In this document: positions 37,125 through 47,929 of the stretch, in pieces
Numbering within the stretch: position 1 is the stretch's first letter
Layout: each line of letters begins with the position of its first letter
Virus record (IMG/VR): IMGVR_UViG_2932446441_000001
Coordinates: 5,172-69,171 of that record
DNA: 64,000 nucleotides
Source of the DNA: a virus
Taxonomy: Duplodnaviria; Caudoviricetes
Reading direction: 5' to 3' (one strand)
Program-made: the position numbers and the translations under genes
Notes under the pieces: generated by a model
Database searches by the model: none
What the model was told of the DNA's origin: nothing
Seen by the model: the letters and a program-made list of their open reading frames with translations, nothing else

Positions 37125-40100
37125 GTGTCCTTCCTGATCGCCTCCGGGCACGTCGAGGTCGAAGCCAAAACCGACAAGGCCCTATCCGCAATCACCGGCC
37201 TCGTCGGTGCACTCGGCGCTGTCGGCCCCGTGGCTGGCGTGGCCGCAGCCGGACTCGCCTCAGCCGGCGCGGGCGTGGCGGCATTCGGGCTCGCGGCGGG
37301 CAAGCAAGTCGCGGACATCAAGAAAGCGTCCGAAGCCCAGGGCAAGTATCAGGAAGCTGTCGCACAGAGCGGCCGGGGTTCGAAGGAGGCGGCCAAAGCC
37401 CAGCTGGAGTATCAGCGGGCAATCGCCGGCATGCCGAAGGCCACGCGCGAGGCTGCGGCGGCCTGGTCCGCGCTGACGGATGAGTACAAGGAGTGGTCGG
37501 ATTCCCTGGCCGCCGACACGATGCCGGTGTTCACGCACTCATTCCAGCTGTTCCAGGCGATGCTGCCGAAGACAACCGGCCTGGTGAAGGGCACGTCGGC
37601 CGAGCTGGACCGCTTCCTCACGCTCGTCGCTGGCGAGGTGGCGTCGCCGGGCTTCGACCGCATGATGGCCGACTTCACCGAGTTCTCCAGGGGATCGCTC
37701 CGCTTCGTCCTCGACGGCGTCCTCGACCTGTCTAGGGCCGTAGCAAGCTTCGCTGTCGGCGGCGGCTTCGACGACTTCGCCGATACGGCGAAGGAGGCGG
37801 GCCCAATCCTCGGAGACCTGCTCGCCAACCTCGCCGAGCTTGCGCTGAACCTGACTGCGGCAGGCGGTGATCTCGGCATCACCATGCTCACGGTGGCCAA
37901 CGCCCTGGCTGAGATGGCCAACGCAATCCCACCCAGCGCCTTGTCGACCATGCTGCAGATGTATGCGGCACTGAAGCTGGTCGCTGTCGGCGTGGCCGCG
38001 GTCAACACGGTCGCCGCCTCGGGGGCCGTGGCCCGGCTCGCCGCCTACTTTGCGGTGATGCGCGCCGCTGGCGTGGGCACGACGCTGCGCGCGACGGCCG
38101 CGAGCATGACCGCGGTGCAGAAGGCGGGCATCGGCTTGGGCGTGCTGGCGATCGGGGCGATCGCGATCGACAAGTTGGCGGACAGGGCGCGCGGCGCGCC
38201 GCCGGATGTCGACCGGCTGGCGACCAGCTTGAAGAACCTCGCCACGACGGGCCGGTTCAGCGGCGAGTTGCAGAAGACATTCGGTGACCTCGACGGCCTG
38301 GTGGAGAAGGTCAAGAAGCTTCACACGGAGGCGGAGAAGGCGAGCAACACGGCGTTCGGGTTCCGCATTCCGGTGCTGGACGATGTCGCCGACTGGATCT
38401 CCGGCAAGATCAACGACATGGCGAAGGGGTCCGAGTCCCTCGGCGCCCTGAAGGACGACTTCAACAGCCTTGACCAGGCCATGGCCGGGATGGTGTCGTC
38501 CGGCTACGCCACGCAGGCCGCGCAGGACTTCAACGTCATGCGGGACTCTCTGCGGGAAGCGGGCTTCTCCACCAAGGAGATCAACGCCCTGTTCCCCGAG
38601 TACCGGGCATCGGTCGCCTCCCTCAAAGCGGAGCAACAGCTGGCCGCCCAGGGCATGGGGCTGTTCGGGCAGCAGGCCATGGAGACGAAGAGCAAGCTGG
38701 ACGCGCAGAAGGCCAGCGCGGACGGCTTGAGGCAGTCGATCATGGCGTTGAACGACGTCAACCGATCCGCCTACGACTCCCAGATCGCGTTCGAGCAGGC
38801 CATCGACGACCTGACCGCCTCCTTCCGGGAGAACGGCAACACCCTCAACCTGAACAGCGAGGCGGGCCGGAAGAACGGCCAAGCTATGTCGGCGGCTGCG
38901 AAAGCCCACGACGAAATGCTGGCCGCCGGTTTGGCGGCGGGTGAGTCGCTGGGGTCGATGACCAGCAAGTCGGACCAGCTCCGCGCGAAAATGATGCAGT
39001 TGGCGACGGCCACGCTCGGCAGCAAAGAGAAGGCACGCGACTACGTCAACACCCTGCTGGGCGCACCAGGCGAGATCAAGACCGTGGTCAAGCTGGAACG
39101 CCAAGAGGCGATCACCGGGCTTCAGGCGGTGCAGGCCGAGATCCGCAAGACGCCTGGCGCGAAGACGGTGACGGTCTCCACACTCAACGCCGCCGCGATC
39201 AAAGCCCTGGAAGCGGTGGGCCTGAAGACCCGACAGCTCCCCGACGGGCGCACCGAGGTGTTCACGGCCAACGGGAAAGCCATCGGCCCCATCGACGCAG
39301 TCCGCAGGGCCTTGGCCGCCCTGGACGGGAAGACCGCCAAGACCTACGTCACCACGACCAAGCACTACATCAACATCACCGAGAACCGGGTCATCAACAC
39401 AGGCAAGGGTGGTCGCGGACCCAACGCAGGTCTGGCCCGGGGCGGCCGAGTGCCAGGCTACGCCGGAGGCGGTGACGTCCAGTACTTCCCCTTCGGCGGC
39501 TACGTCGACGGGCCCGGCAGCAGCATGTCAGACAGCATCCTCGCCCTCATGGGCTCCGGTGCTGCGGCTCGCGTCTCCGACACCGAGTACGTGATCCGTG
39601 CGGCAGCGGTCGACAAGTACGGTGTGCCATTCTTCGACGCCCTCAACGCCGGACGCCTGAGCGTGCCCGGGTTCGCGAAGGGCGGCAAGCTCACCGAGAA
39701 GCAGAAGGCTGAACTCCAGCGGAAGAAGGAAGCCCGCGGCTACCTGACCGCGAACACCACTCTCACCGACATGTCGCACATTGCCGGTGTGCAGAACGCC
39801 GAGATCAGCAGCAAGCTCGGCAAAGAGCGCTCAGAGTCTGCCCTGGTCGACTTCCTCAACCAGTTGCAGACGCAGGTGTCCAAGGCGGGGTTCTCCAAGG
39901 GGACCAACGCCGCACTGCAGAAGCAGATCACGTCGTCGGCGAAGAAGCTGTTCGCGCTGAACGATCAGTACGACAAGGTCACCGCGTCGCTGGAGAAGGC
40001 GAAGGGCAGCCTTGAAGACCTGAAGGGCAAGTTCGACAACCTCAAGACCAGCGTGGCCTCGTCGCTGGTCGGCTTCGGCAACATCACAAAGCTCGGCAAG

Positions 40101-40817
40101 TACGGTACGTCGGCCGACACCCTCATCAACCAGCTGCGGTCCGACACCGGGCGCACCACCGAGTTTGCCGCGCAGCTTGATCAGCTCAAGGCGAGGGGCC
40201 TGAACGCGACCGCGATCAGCAACATCGCTCAGGCGGGCGTTACCGGCGGCGGTATGGCCACCGCCCAGTCGCTGTTGAACGCCACCCCTGAGCAGATCGC
40301 CGAGATCAACGCCCTGCAGAAGCAGCTCGAAGCGTCGGCTACCAAGGCCGGCACGGTCACCGCGGACGCCATGTACGGGGCCGGCCTCAGGGCGGCCGAG
40401 GGCCTGGTGAAGGGGCTGACGGCGCAGCAGTCCGCCATTGAGGCGGCGATGATGTCCATCGCCAAGGCGATGGAGAAGTCCATCAAGAAGGCCCTCGGCA
40501 TCAAGAGCCCCAGCCGGGTGATGGAGCCGATTGGAAACTTCGCCTTCCAGGGCGTCGAGGCTGGCTGGGTCAAGCGCATGGCCCAGGGCAACACGCTCCT
40601 CACCGGCAGCACCGCCGGGCTGCGCACCAAGCCGGCCATGCTCCGAGCCGCGGTGCCTGCCGCTACGGGGGCCGGTGCAGCGCCCTCTGTGAACCTGACG
40701 GCGACGTTCAACACGATGACCCTTCCGTCAGCGGCCGAGCGGAAGGCCTTCGCCACGGCGATGGTCAAGGACATCAATGACGCGCTCCTCGACTACCAGA
40801 AGGGCCGGAGGCGCTGA
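37125..40817 (+). CDS. Tape measure protein
   Basis: 1230 aa, Ala/Gly-rich and helical; GPGSSMSDSI...EYVIRAAAV and LGIKSPSRVM motifs. Confidence 0.95.
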   Translation: MSFLIASGHVEVEAKTDKALSAITGLVGALGAVGPVAGVAAAGLASAGAGVAAFGLAAGKQVADIKKASEAQGKYQEAVAQSGRGSKEAAKAQLEYQRAIAGMPKATREAAAAWSALTDEYKEWSDSLAADTMPVFTHSFQLFQAMLPKTTGLVKGTSAELDRFLTLVAGEVASPGFDRMMADFTEFSRGSLRFVLDGVLDLSRAVASFAVGGGFDDFADTAKEAGPILGDLLANLAELALNLTAAGGDLGITMLTVANALAEMANAIPPSALSTMLQMYAALKLVAVGVAAVNTVAASGAVARLAAYFAVMRAAGVGTTLRATAASMTAVQKAGIGLGVLAIGAIAIDKLADRARGAPPDVDRLATSLKNLATTGRFSGELQKTFGDLDGLVEKVKKLHTEAEKASNTAFGFRIPVLDDVADWISGKINDMAKGSESLGALKDDFNSLDQAMAGMVSSGYATQAAQDFNVMRDSLREAGFSTKEINALFPEYRASVASLKAEQQLAAQGMGLFGQQAMETKSKLDAQKASADGLRQSIMALNDVNRSAYDSQIAFEQAIDDLTASFRENGNTLNLNSEAGRKNGQAMSAAAKAHDEMLAAGLAAGESLGSMTSKSDQLRAKMMQLATATLGSKEKARDYVNTLLGAPGEIKTVVKLERQEAITGLQAVQAEIRKTPGAKTVTVSTLNAAAIKALEAVGLKTRQLPDGRTEVFTANGKAIGPIDAVRRALAALDGKTAKTYVTTTKHYINITENRVINTGKGGRGPNAGLARGGRVPGYAGGGDVQYFPFGGYVDGPGSSMSDSILALMGSGAAARVSDTEYVIRAAAVDKYGVPFFDALNAGRLSVPGFAKGGKLTEKQKAELQRKKEARGYLTANTTLTDMSHIAGVQNAEISSKLGKERSESALVDFLNQLQTQVSKAGFSKGTNAALQKQITSSAKKLFALNDQYDKVTASLEKAKGSLEDLKGKFDNLKTSVASSLVGFGNITKLGKYGTSADTLINQLRSDTGRTTEFAAQLDQLKARGLNATAISNIAQAGVTGGGMATAQSLLNATPEQIAEINALQKQLEASATKAGTVTADAMYGAGLRAAEGLVKGLTAQQSAIEAAMMSIAKAMEKSIKKALGIKSPSRVMEPIGNFAFQGVEAGWVKRMAQGNTLLTGSTAGLRTKPAMLRAAVPAATGAGAAPSVNLTATFNTMTLPSAAERKAFATAMVKDINDALLDYQKGRRR

Positions 40818-42022
40818 TGCCGCAGGGTGACTGGGGAGATCTGAAGATCGGCCGCCTGTTGTTGAGGGAAACATTCAAGGAGGCCGAGTCGGTCGGTACG
40901 CAGCGCACGCTCGATCTGGAGGGGCAGGAGTCCTCACCTCCGCTGACGCGCAGTGAGCTGGTGTGGCGGCACGACAACATCACCGCCCTGGAGTCCGGCA
41001 CGGTGATGCCGCTGACGTTCACCGACAAGCCGGAGCGCAACGCCTACGTCAACGTCGATTCGGTGTCCGCGGACTACACCGAGTGGCGCACCGATGTCGT
41101 CACCTCGGATTGGAAGCTCGGCCTGACGAGGCTCGGCTCCGATAGCGAAGTCGACCTCCAGTCCCGCCTGACCGGCGTCTCGAGGGTGAACGACTTCGCC
41201 CTGACGGGGGAGCGGTGGCATGCCCCGCCGATCGGCCACTACGGCTACCAGACGGGCACCTCGAACCCTACGACGATGACCCGCACCGGAGCTGACGGCG
41301 CTATGACCGTCTACCGCAGCATCCCCGCCGGGGTATCCCCGCGCTGGGGCTGCGCCACCACCGCCTACCTCAATGGGCGGGTACGGCTCACCTCGAGCGG
41401 CACCGAGCTGTGCGGGGTCGACCAATCCGTGTCACCGACCGGCTGGGCCCTCACCAACGGCCTCGTCAACGTCACCCCGGGCGCATCGGCAACGTTCGAC
41501 GTGCAGGCCTACACCGGCGGCGCTTGGCGCTCCAAGCTGTGGAACGTCAGCGCGGCAGGCTCCGGTGCTTCGATCACCTCGTGGGACGGGGCGACCCTGC
41601 TCCGCAACGACTGCGAGCACGTCATCCTCAGGCTCAGCAAAGGCCTCAACCCAGGGCGCGCCACACTCGATCTCACGCTGCGCCGCGGCAGCCGCACCGT
41701 CGAGGGCTACCTGCAGACCACCAGCTCCAACACCCTCGCCGCCTACCGCTCAAGCCTCGAGGCGAACACCAGCTTCGCCGCATCCGGCTACGTCACGGCC
41801 ACCAGCAACGACGCCGACGGCAACCGATTCGCCGCCGGATCCGCCCGCACCTTCACCGCCCACACCAACGGAGGCGTGCAGAAGGCAGCCACGACCACAC
41901 TCGACTTCTGGATCGGAGTCGCCGCCGGCGGGGGCAGCGCTGTCTCCGGGGATGCGGCAACCGACCTGCGCAATCAGTACATCGGCGCCCTCCCAGAGAT
42001 CATCTACGCGGTGAGGCGGTGA
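40817..42022 (+). CDS. Minor tail protein (distal tail position)
   Basis: Directly after the tape measure gene; Thr/Gly/Trp-rich. Confidence 0.8.
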   Translation: MPQGDWGDLKIGRLLLRETFKEAESVGTQRTLDLEGQESSPPLTRSELVWRHDNITALESGTVMPLTFTDKPERNAYVNVDSVSADYTEWRTDVVTSDWKLGLTRLGSDSEVDLQSRLTGVSRVNDFALTGERWHAPPIGHYGYQTGTSNPTTMTRTGADGAMTVYRSIPAGVSPRWGCATTAYLNGRVRLTSSGTELCGVDQSVSPTGWALTNGLVNVTPGASATFDVQAYTGGAWRSKLWNVSAAGSGASITSWDGATLLRNDCEHVILRLSKGLNPGRATLDLTLRRGSRTVEGYLQTTSSNTLAAYRSSLEANTSFAASGYVTATSNDADGNRFAAGSARTFTAHTNGGVQKAATTTLDFWIGVAAGGGSAVSGDAATDLRNQYIGALPEIIYAVRR

Positions 42023-42026
42023 CCCT

Positions 42027-44903
42027 GTGACCGTCAACCAAGTCCTCGGTGCCCTCGGCTCGTGGGACATCACCCTCAAGTCGACCACCCCACCGGACCT
42101 GTGGGACCAGGTCGACTTCTTCGGCCATGTCGCCTTCATTCCTGGCCGCCTAGACCCCGCCCAGTACGGCGACAACCTTCTTGCCCCCGGAGTGGCCCGT
42201 TACGTCGGCGTCGTCCGCAAGCGCGACAACTCTGGCGACGACCGGCGCACCAAGCAGATCGAGCAGGGCTACGAGCTCGGCGGCGTCGGCATGAACTTCT
42301 GGCTGGGCGACGACGAGGATAAGGGCGACGTCTACGAAACCCCTGTCACGATCAACAGCGCCACCTTCGCCAACGCCATCCGAGCCCTACTGCCCGCATC
42401 CGGCGCAGTCACCGAAGGCACGCTGCACAGCGTCGCAGGCACCTACTCCGGCCGCCACCAGTACGAGACACCCCGCAAAGCCATTGCCTATGTTGCTGAC
42501 ACATTCACCGCCTCCTCGGGACAGAAGGTCAGCTGGCGTGTCAACGGCAACGCCACCCTGGATGCCGGCCCTGAGACGGCCCTGTACGTCACCGACCCGC
42601 GGTGCGTGATCTCCCGCAAGACAGCAGGCAAGGACACGTCCGGGATCGAGTCCGTGCCCGGCGCCTTCGGAGTCACCCGCGACATGGAGGACTACACCAC
42701 CCGCGTCGTCCTGCTCGCCGAGGGGGAGGGCGAATCGATCGCCACAGGCACCGCGGACATCTCACCCGGCCTGAACCCGTACAAGAACATCCACGGCGGG
42801 TCCCTGAAGCTCACGCGGCTGGCCAGCGAGTCGGATACCGGCGTCACCCTCGCCGACACCCGGGCCGAACTGCTGCTGTCCCAGTACACGGCGTCTCAGG
42901 ACGAACTCGTCGTCGAGACCGACAACTACTACATCGAGGGCAGCTTCACCGTCGGCGACTACGTGTGGGTGTGGGACCCCAACGCCGGACTCGTCGACCC
43001 AGACAACGAGATCACCTTCCGCGGCGAGCGCCTCAACCCCATCAAGCTCCAGGTCACCGAAGCCAAATGGCCGATCACCGACGGGTACACCGTCGCCTAC
43101 CGGGACGCCAACGGCGTCTGGTACGACCTCACCGACCACGTCGAATGGGACGGCTCCCACACCGTCTACGTCACCGTCGGCGGCTTCGCCCGCGCCCTCG
43201 AAGGATCCGGCGCCCAACCCATCGGCACCCGCCCCAGCCAAGACACGTCCCTGCCTGGCGTGCCCACGTTCGTCACCCCGTTCACCGGCAGCGCCTACCT
43301 CGACTCGCGCGGCTACACCCGCGCGCGCACCATCATCGCCTGGAACGCCCCGAACAACGTCGACGGCAGCACCGTGTTGGACGGCGACCACTACGAGATC
43401 CGCTACGCCGTCGACGCCGACCTCATCTACCCCGCCACCTGGACCCAGGTCTCCCAAATCACCTGGGCCGACATGGAGACCTGGGGGCAGCCCTTCGTGG
43501 CCCCCACCGGCCAGTGGCAGACGATGTTCGTCGCGTGGGGCGAGTCCACGGCGCAGCTCAACGACCTCAGCCCCGGCGTCGGCTACGACGTGCAGATCAG
43601 GGCCGTAGACAAGGCCGGCAACCGCGGCGCCTGGTCCAACACGGCCACGTTCGTCGCCAGCGAGGACAACATCCCCCCGTCCACGCCGGCCGCCCCGACG
43701 GTAGCCGGATCACGGATCGCCCTGCAGATCACACACAGCCTCGGCAAGAGCTCAGGCGGCACCTACAACCTCGAGTCGGACCTGCAGCATCTGGAGATCC
43801 ACGTCTCCTACGAGCCCGGCTTCACTCCGACCGAGGCCACCCTGAAGGGCAAGGTCAGTGCCACCGCGGGGATGATTCAGGCGCAGATCCCGGCCGTCAC
43901 CACGGTGCAGGTGGAGGAAGTCTCGACCCGCTACGTGCGGGTCGTGGCGGTCGACAAGACCGGCAACAAGTCCGGACCGTCCGACGCGGCCTCGGCGACC
44001 GCGCTGCTCATCGACGACGCACACATCTCCGACCTGACCGTCAGTAAGGTCACCGCTGGCACCATCTCTGCTGACTGGGTTGTCGGCGCCCGCATCAAGA
44101 CCGCCGACACCGGAGCCCGCGTCGAACTCAACTCGGGCGGCATCGGATGCTGGAACGCGGCCGGTCAGCAAACTGTCGCTATCGCCGCGGCAGACGGGTC
44201 GGTCTCCATCCTCGGCCAGCTCATCTCGGGCACCTCCGGCCGCCGCCTGGAGATCATGCCCACCTCGACACTGCTGCCAGAGCTGCGCTTCTACGCCAAC
44301 AGCGGCAGCAACTACGCCTACATCAACACCTCTTCCACCGGCACCGACTCCAACGTCGGCGTCAACAGCGGCACCTTCGACGACAGCGGCGTCACCGTGT
44401 ACGCCCGCGCCTACCTCACCAGCGGCACCAGCGAGATCGCCATCATCCGGGAGGACACCCAGGCCCGCCGCGGCGGCTACAGCCGCTACACCACCAGCAA
44501 CTTCTTCGCCGGGTACAACAGCGGCGGCCTCGATGGAGGTGTGTATTCAGCAACGGCCACCCAAGCGAAGATCGGGTGGGACAGCGGCACCGCCTCCACC
44601 GCGAACTACTTCACCTTCGAAAGCGGCCTGACCCGCCACATCGGCCGCTACCGGGACTTCGTCGCCGTCGACTCCAACGAAGGCCTGTTCACCGGCTCCG
44701 TCTCGCCGCCGAGCGGCGCCTCCAGCTGGGCCGCCACGTTCGGCCCGACCATGCTCACCCAGCTGCTGCCGATCGTGTCGATCCGCGACGACGTCGTCCA
44801 CTCGAACGCCATCACCGACTCCACAACGACCGGGTTCACCGTGACCATCAGCCCCGCCGCCAACGGCGCCTGGAGCGTCTATTTCTGGGCCTTCCGAATC
44901 TAA
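42027..44903 (+). CDS. Minor tail/baseplate protein with fibronectin type III-like domains
   Basis: LSPGVGYDVQIRAVDKAGNRGAWS and YVRVVAVDKTGNKS. Confidence 0.85.
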   Translation: MTVNQVLGALGSWDITLKSTTPPDLWDQVDFFGHVAFIPGRLDPAQYGDNLLAPGVARYVGVVRKRDNSGDDRRTKQIEQGYELGGVGMNFWLGDDEDKGDVYETPVTINSATFANAIRALLPASGAVTEGTLHSVAGTYSGRHQYETPRKAIAYVADTFTASSGQKVSWRVNGNATLDAGPETALYVTDPRCVISRKTAGKDTSGIESVPGAFGVTRDMEDYTTRVVLLAEGEGESIATGTADISPGLNPYKNIHGGSLKLTRLASESDTGVTLADTRAELLLSQYTASQDELVVETDNYYIEGSFTVGDYVWVWDPNAGLVDPDNEITFRGERLNPIKLQVTEAKWPITDGYTVAYRDANGVWYDLTDHVEWDGSHTVYVTVGGFARALEGSGAQPIGTRPSQDTSLPGVPTFVTPFTGSAYLDSRGYTRARTIIAWNAPNNVDGSTVLDGDHYEIRYAVDADLIYPATWTQVSQITWADMETWGQPFVAPTGQWQTMFVAWGESTAQLNDLSPGVGYDVQIRAVDKAGNRGAWSNTATFVASEDNIPPSTPAAPTVAGSRIALQITHSLGKSSGGTYNLESDLQHLEIHVSYEPGFTPTEATLKGKVSATAGMIQAQIPAVTTVQVEEVSTRYVRVVAVDKTGNKSGPSDAASATALLIDDAHISDLTVSKVTAGTISADWVVGARIKTADTGARVELNSGGIGCWNAAGQQTVAIAAADGSVSILGQLISGTSGRRLEIMPTSTLLPELRFYANSGSNYAYINTSSTGTDSNVGVNSGTFDDSGVTVYARAYLTSGTSEIAIIREDTQARRGGYSRYTTSNFFAGYNSGGLDGGVYSATATQAKIGWDSGTASTANYFTFESGLTRHIGRYRDFVAVDSNEGLFTGSVSPPSGASSWAATFGPTMLTQLLPIVSIRDDVVHSNAITDSTTTGFTVTISPAANGAWSVYFWAFRI

Positions 44904-44911
44904 GGAACCTC

Positions 44912-45493
44912 ATGGACATCTATCAGGTGGAAACGGTCGAAGCCACCACCACAGCGCAGGGCACACCCATCTGGATGGTGTCCATGCGCAAGCCCGACGG
45001 CAGCATCCACGCCCACACCTTCCCCCCGTCGACCATCGAATGGCGCATGGCCGAGTACGGGCTGGACAGCGTCGATGAAGCGCTGGACATCATCCTCCAC
45101 GAGCCGTGGGCCACCGATCCCACCGACCCCATCGCGGGCCGCGAAGACCCCGCAGTGCGAGCCGGGATGACCGTCCTCCAGGCCGGGGCTGCGACAGCAG
45201 AGCCCATCCGATTGCACAACGCGCCGACGATCGCCGACGCCCGCGAGGCACACCGGCTGCGGATCGCCGACGCCAAAACCCGCATCCGCATCACACCGCC
45301 AAAGGGCAAGCAGGATCCACTCGACATCATCCGGCAGCAGCACGGCGTCACCGGGGAGGGCCTGCGCCAGAAGGCGGCGCTCGTCGACTCGGTCCGGCGC
45401 GCCATGCGCGGCGAGCCGGCGCCCAGGAACGCCGACATCGTCATAGACCCCGAGGCGCACACGCGCACCGTAAAGGAGACGAGCCGTGCCTGA
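44912..45493 (+). CDS. Hypothetical tail-region protein
   Basis: AAGGA RBS; position. Confidence 0.75.
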   Translation: MDIYQVETVEATTTAQGTPIWMVSMRKPDGSIHAHTFPPSTIEWRMAEYGLDSVDEALDIILHEPWATDPTDPIAGREDPAVRAGMTVLQAGAATAEPIRLHNAPTIADAREAHRLRIADAKTRIRITPPKGKQDPLDIIRQQHGVTGEGLRQKAALVDSVRRAMRGEPAPRNADIVIDPEAHTRTVKETSRA

Positions 45494-46532
45494 CACCCCC
45501 ACCACACGGCTGGGCATGTACAAATCCGCCTCCGACGGATCCGAAGACGTGTCCTACACCCAGGACATCGGCCAGAACCTCGACAAGCTCGACGCCGCAG
45601 TCGGCTTCCAGCCGGTCACCTCGACCACACGCCCATCGTCCCCGTACAGCGGCAAGCCCATCTTCGAGACCAACACGAGCTACCGCACCTACTTCTCCAA
45701 CGGCACCAGCCCAGCCAGCGCCTCGTGGGTGGAGATCCCCAACAGCAGCGGCACCTACGGCGGCAACCTGGCCCTATCCAGCGCGTCCAGCATCACCCTC
45801 GGCGGCGACACCAACCTGCGCCGCGACGGAGCAGGCGCCCTCACCACCGACGGCCTCTTCCGCGCCTACCGCAGCAGCGCCGGGACCAACGCCATCTCCC
45901 TACGCGTCAATGGCGACACTTCAAGCCGCCTCTTCATCAACGCCGACGGCAGCATGAACTGGGGGCCAGGCGGCGCAGCAGCCGCCGACACCAACCTGTA
46001 CCGCAGCGCCACCGACACCCTCCGCACCGACGACAACTTCATTGTCGGTGGCAACCTCACCGTTTCGGGGATCGGGCAGATGCTGTACGCCCGCAAGACT
46101 GCAGACACGTCCCGGGCCAGCAGCACCACCATGGCCGACGACCCGCATCTCACGGTCTCACTCGCCGCCAGCGCCCACTACCTGCTCTTCGCCTACCTCG
46201 TCTACCAGGCGGGCACCACGGGCGACATCAACATCGGCTTCAGCCAGCCGACCGGAGCCGCCGGGTCCTGGCAAGGCACGGGCATGGGACGCGACGTTAC
46301 CGCCTCTATCGGCACCGGCGGCTGGACCGTCCGCATGAACGCCAACGACGTCGGCACGACCCAGCTGCGTTCTTACGGCGGTGACACCACCAACCAGGCC
46401 GTACAGGTCATGGGCATCGTCCGCACCTCGTCGGCCGGCGCCTTCACCGTCCAGTGGTCGCAGGCCGCACTCGATGCGACCGCCACCATCCTCCGCACCG
46501 ACTCGTGGATGCAGCTCACCCGAGTGGCCTGA
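45486..46532 (+). CDS. Tail fibre / receptor-binding protein
   Basis: TTRLGMYK...NLDKLDAA N-terminus; repeated DTNL.R.....L.TD motif; S/T/G-rich. Confidence 0.75.
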   Translation: MPDTPTTRLGMYKSASDGSEDVSYTQDIGQNLDKLDAAVGFQPVTSTTRPSSPYSGKPIFETNTSYRTYFSNGTSPASASWVEIPNSSGTYGGNLALSSASSITLGGDTNLRRDGAGALTTDGLFRAYRSSAGTNAISLRVNGDTSSRLFINADGSMNWGPGGAAAADTNLYRSATDTLRTDDNFIVGGNLTVSGIGQMLYARKTADTSRASSTTMADDPHLTVSLAASAHYLLFAYLVYQAGTTGDINIGFSQPTGAAGSWQGTGMGRDVTASIGTGGWTVRMNANDVGTTQLRSYGGDTTNQAVQVMGIVRTSSAGAFTVQWSQAALDATATILRTDSWMQLTRVA

Positions 46533-46548
46533 CCCCGAAGGAGACATC

Positions 46549-46749
46549 ATGGAACTGCCCTACCCGTGGACCAAGGTCGTCGGCGCCTTCCCCTCCGAGA
46601 GCGGCGTCGAGGTCCGCCTCGCGGTCATCCACAGCAGCGACCCCGTCGAGGACCAGGCCGTCGTCGACGCAGTCAAGCAGGCACTCACGGAAGCGGGCGC
46701 CACGTCGGTGGCGGCCACCACCTACTCGGTTGCGTCCACGCCCGCCTAG
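46549..46749 (+). CDS. Small hypothetical protein
   Basis: AAGGAG RBS. Confidence 0.65.
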   Translation: MELPYPWTKVVGAFPSESGVEVRLAVIHSSDPVEDQAVVDAVKQALTEAGATSVAATTYSVASTPA

Positions 46750-46761
46750 AAGGGACCCGCA

Positions 46762-46842
46762 ATGTCCACGTTCCAGGTCATCCTGCTCATTGAGGTCGGC
46801 ATCATCGCCATCGGCAGCCTGCTCGGCTGGCGGCGACCCTAG
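46762..46842 (+). CDS. 26-aa single-TM peptide
   Basis: AAGGGA RBS; MSTFQVILLIEVGIIAIGSLLGWRRP. Confidence 0.5.
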   Translation: MSTFQVILLIEVGIIAIGSLLGWRRP

Positions 46843-47066
46843 GGGCGCTCGTCGCCCGAGTACGGGCCGGCCCCTGGAGACTCAGACTCACCGGGCGACG
46901 GCCGCTGTGAGGCGCCCTGGAGAAGGCTGTTCTGCTGCTCCAGTTCCTCTACCCGCCGCTCCAGCACGGCGACCTGGGCCCGGAGAAGGACGTTCTCGTC
47001 GGCGACCTCACCGTGCCGCTTCCGGAACGCTTCCAGCGCGTCTTCGATACTGATCTGCTGGCCCAT
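46839..47066 (-). CDS. Small coiled-coil protein
   Basis: TGATG coupling; ENVLLRAQVAVLERRVEELEQQ. Confidence 0.7.
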   Translation of the reverse strand: MGQQISIEDALEAFRKRHGEVADENVLLRAQVAVLERRVEELEQQNSLLQGASQRPSPGESESPGAGPYSGDERP

Positions 47067-47929
47067 CACGCCACCGCCTTGTCTGCGAGCTCCCGGTACC
47101 GGTCCAGGAGATTGGTGTTGTTGAGGAACGGATGCTGCGGGAAGAAGCTCCAGTGCGACACAATGGCGTCGCCGCGGAGGATGTTCGGCCGGCCGGTGGC
47201 GAGCGGCTGGTGCACGGTATGCCAGCTCTCTTCCTCGTCGGGGACGAGGACGCCGGGCTTGGGGAGTGCCGCGTAGTCCTCGCCGCGGCTGGCGAAACAG
47301 CTCACGGAGAACTGGGTGCCGGGCTGGAGGGGGAAGTCCTGGTAGAGGTACAGGTCTTCGACCGTGCCGGCCTCGACGTGGTCGAGCAGCATCTCGTGCA
47401 GCTTCACGGCGAACGGCCCGTTGGCCCATCCGGTGGGGTCCATGCAGTAGGCGGCCACCTGCCCCCACTCCATGGGGATCTTCCCGCAGGCTTGGAGGAA
47501 GTGGCTGCAGATCGCGTTGTTGATGATGACGGGGAACACGGCGATCGGGGAGGGCATCTCGATGCGGGCCCGGACGAGGTTCTCAATGGCGTCGTCGTGC
47601 AGGTAGACGACGTCGTCGTCGAGGCGCAGGTACACGGTGTCCGGGTCGGTCATGTACCGGTACGCCAGTCCCGTGTAGCGCTGCTTGGGGAGCCGCCCGA
47701 GGTTGATGCCGTCGGGCCGGTGGACGAGCTTGAACCAGTCGTGCTGCTCGTCGAGCTCGTGGGCGTAGGCGATGTCGTCTTCCTGACCCTGCGGGTCTGT
47801 GTTCATGTAGGCCCAGGCTTCGTCGATGAGCCCGCGCTCGACGTCCCGCTGCAGGTACTTGGCGAGGATGCTGTACGTCCGGCGCCTGCCGTAGGGTGTC
47901 CAGGCGATCACGCGGCGGCCGTCGATCAT
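47066..47929 (-). CDS. GT-A fold glycosyltransferase-like protein
   Basis: VIAWTPYGRR; DxD motif in YLRLDDDVVYL; SHWSF..Q. Confidence 0.75.
   Translation of the reverse strand: MIDGRRVIAWTPYGRRRTYSILAKYLQRDVERGLIDEAWAYMNTDPQGQEDDIAYAHELDEQHDWFKLVHRPDGINLGRLPKQRYTGLAYRYMTDPDTVYLRLDDDVVYLHDDAIENLVRARIEMPSPIAVFPVIINNAICSHFLQACGKIPMEWGQVAAYCMDPTGWANGPFAVKLHEMLLDHVEAGTVEDLYLYQDFPLQPGTQFSVSCFASRGEDYAALPKPGVLVPDEEESWHTVHQPLATGRPNILRGDAIVSHWSFFPQHPFLNNTNLLDRYRELADKAVA

Noticed and set aside
45486-46842. Diversity-generating retroelement or invertible tail-fibre cassette
   Set aside because: No reverse transcriptase, template/variable repeat pair or adjacent invertase seen.
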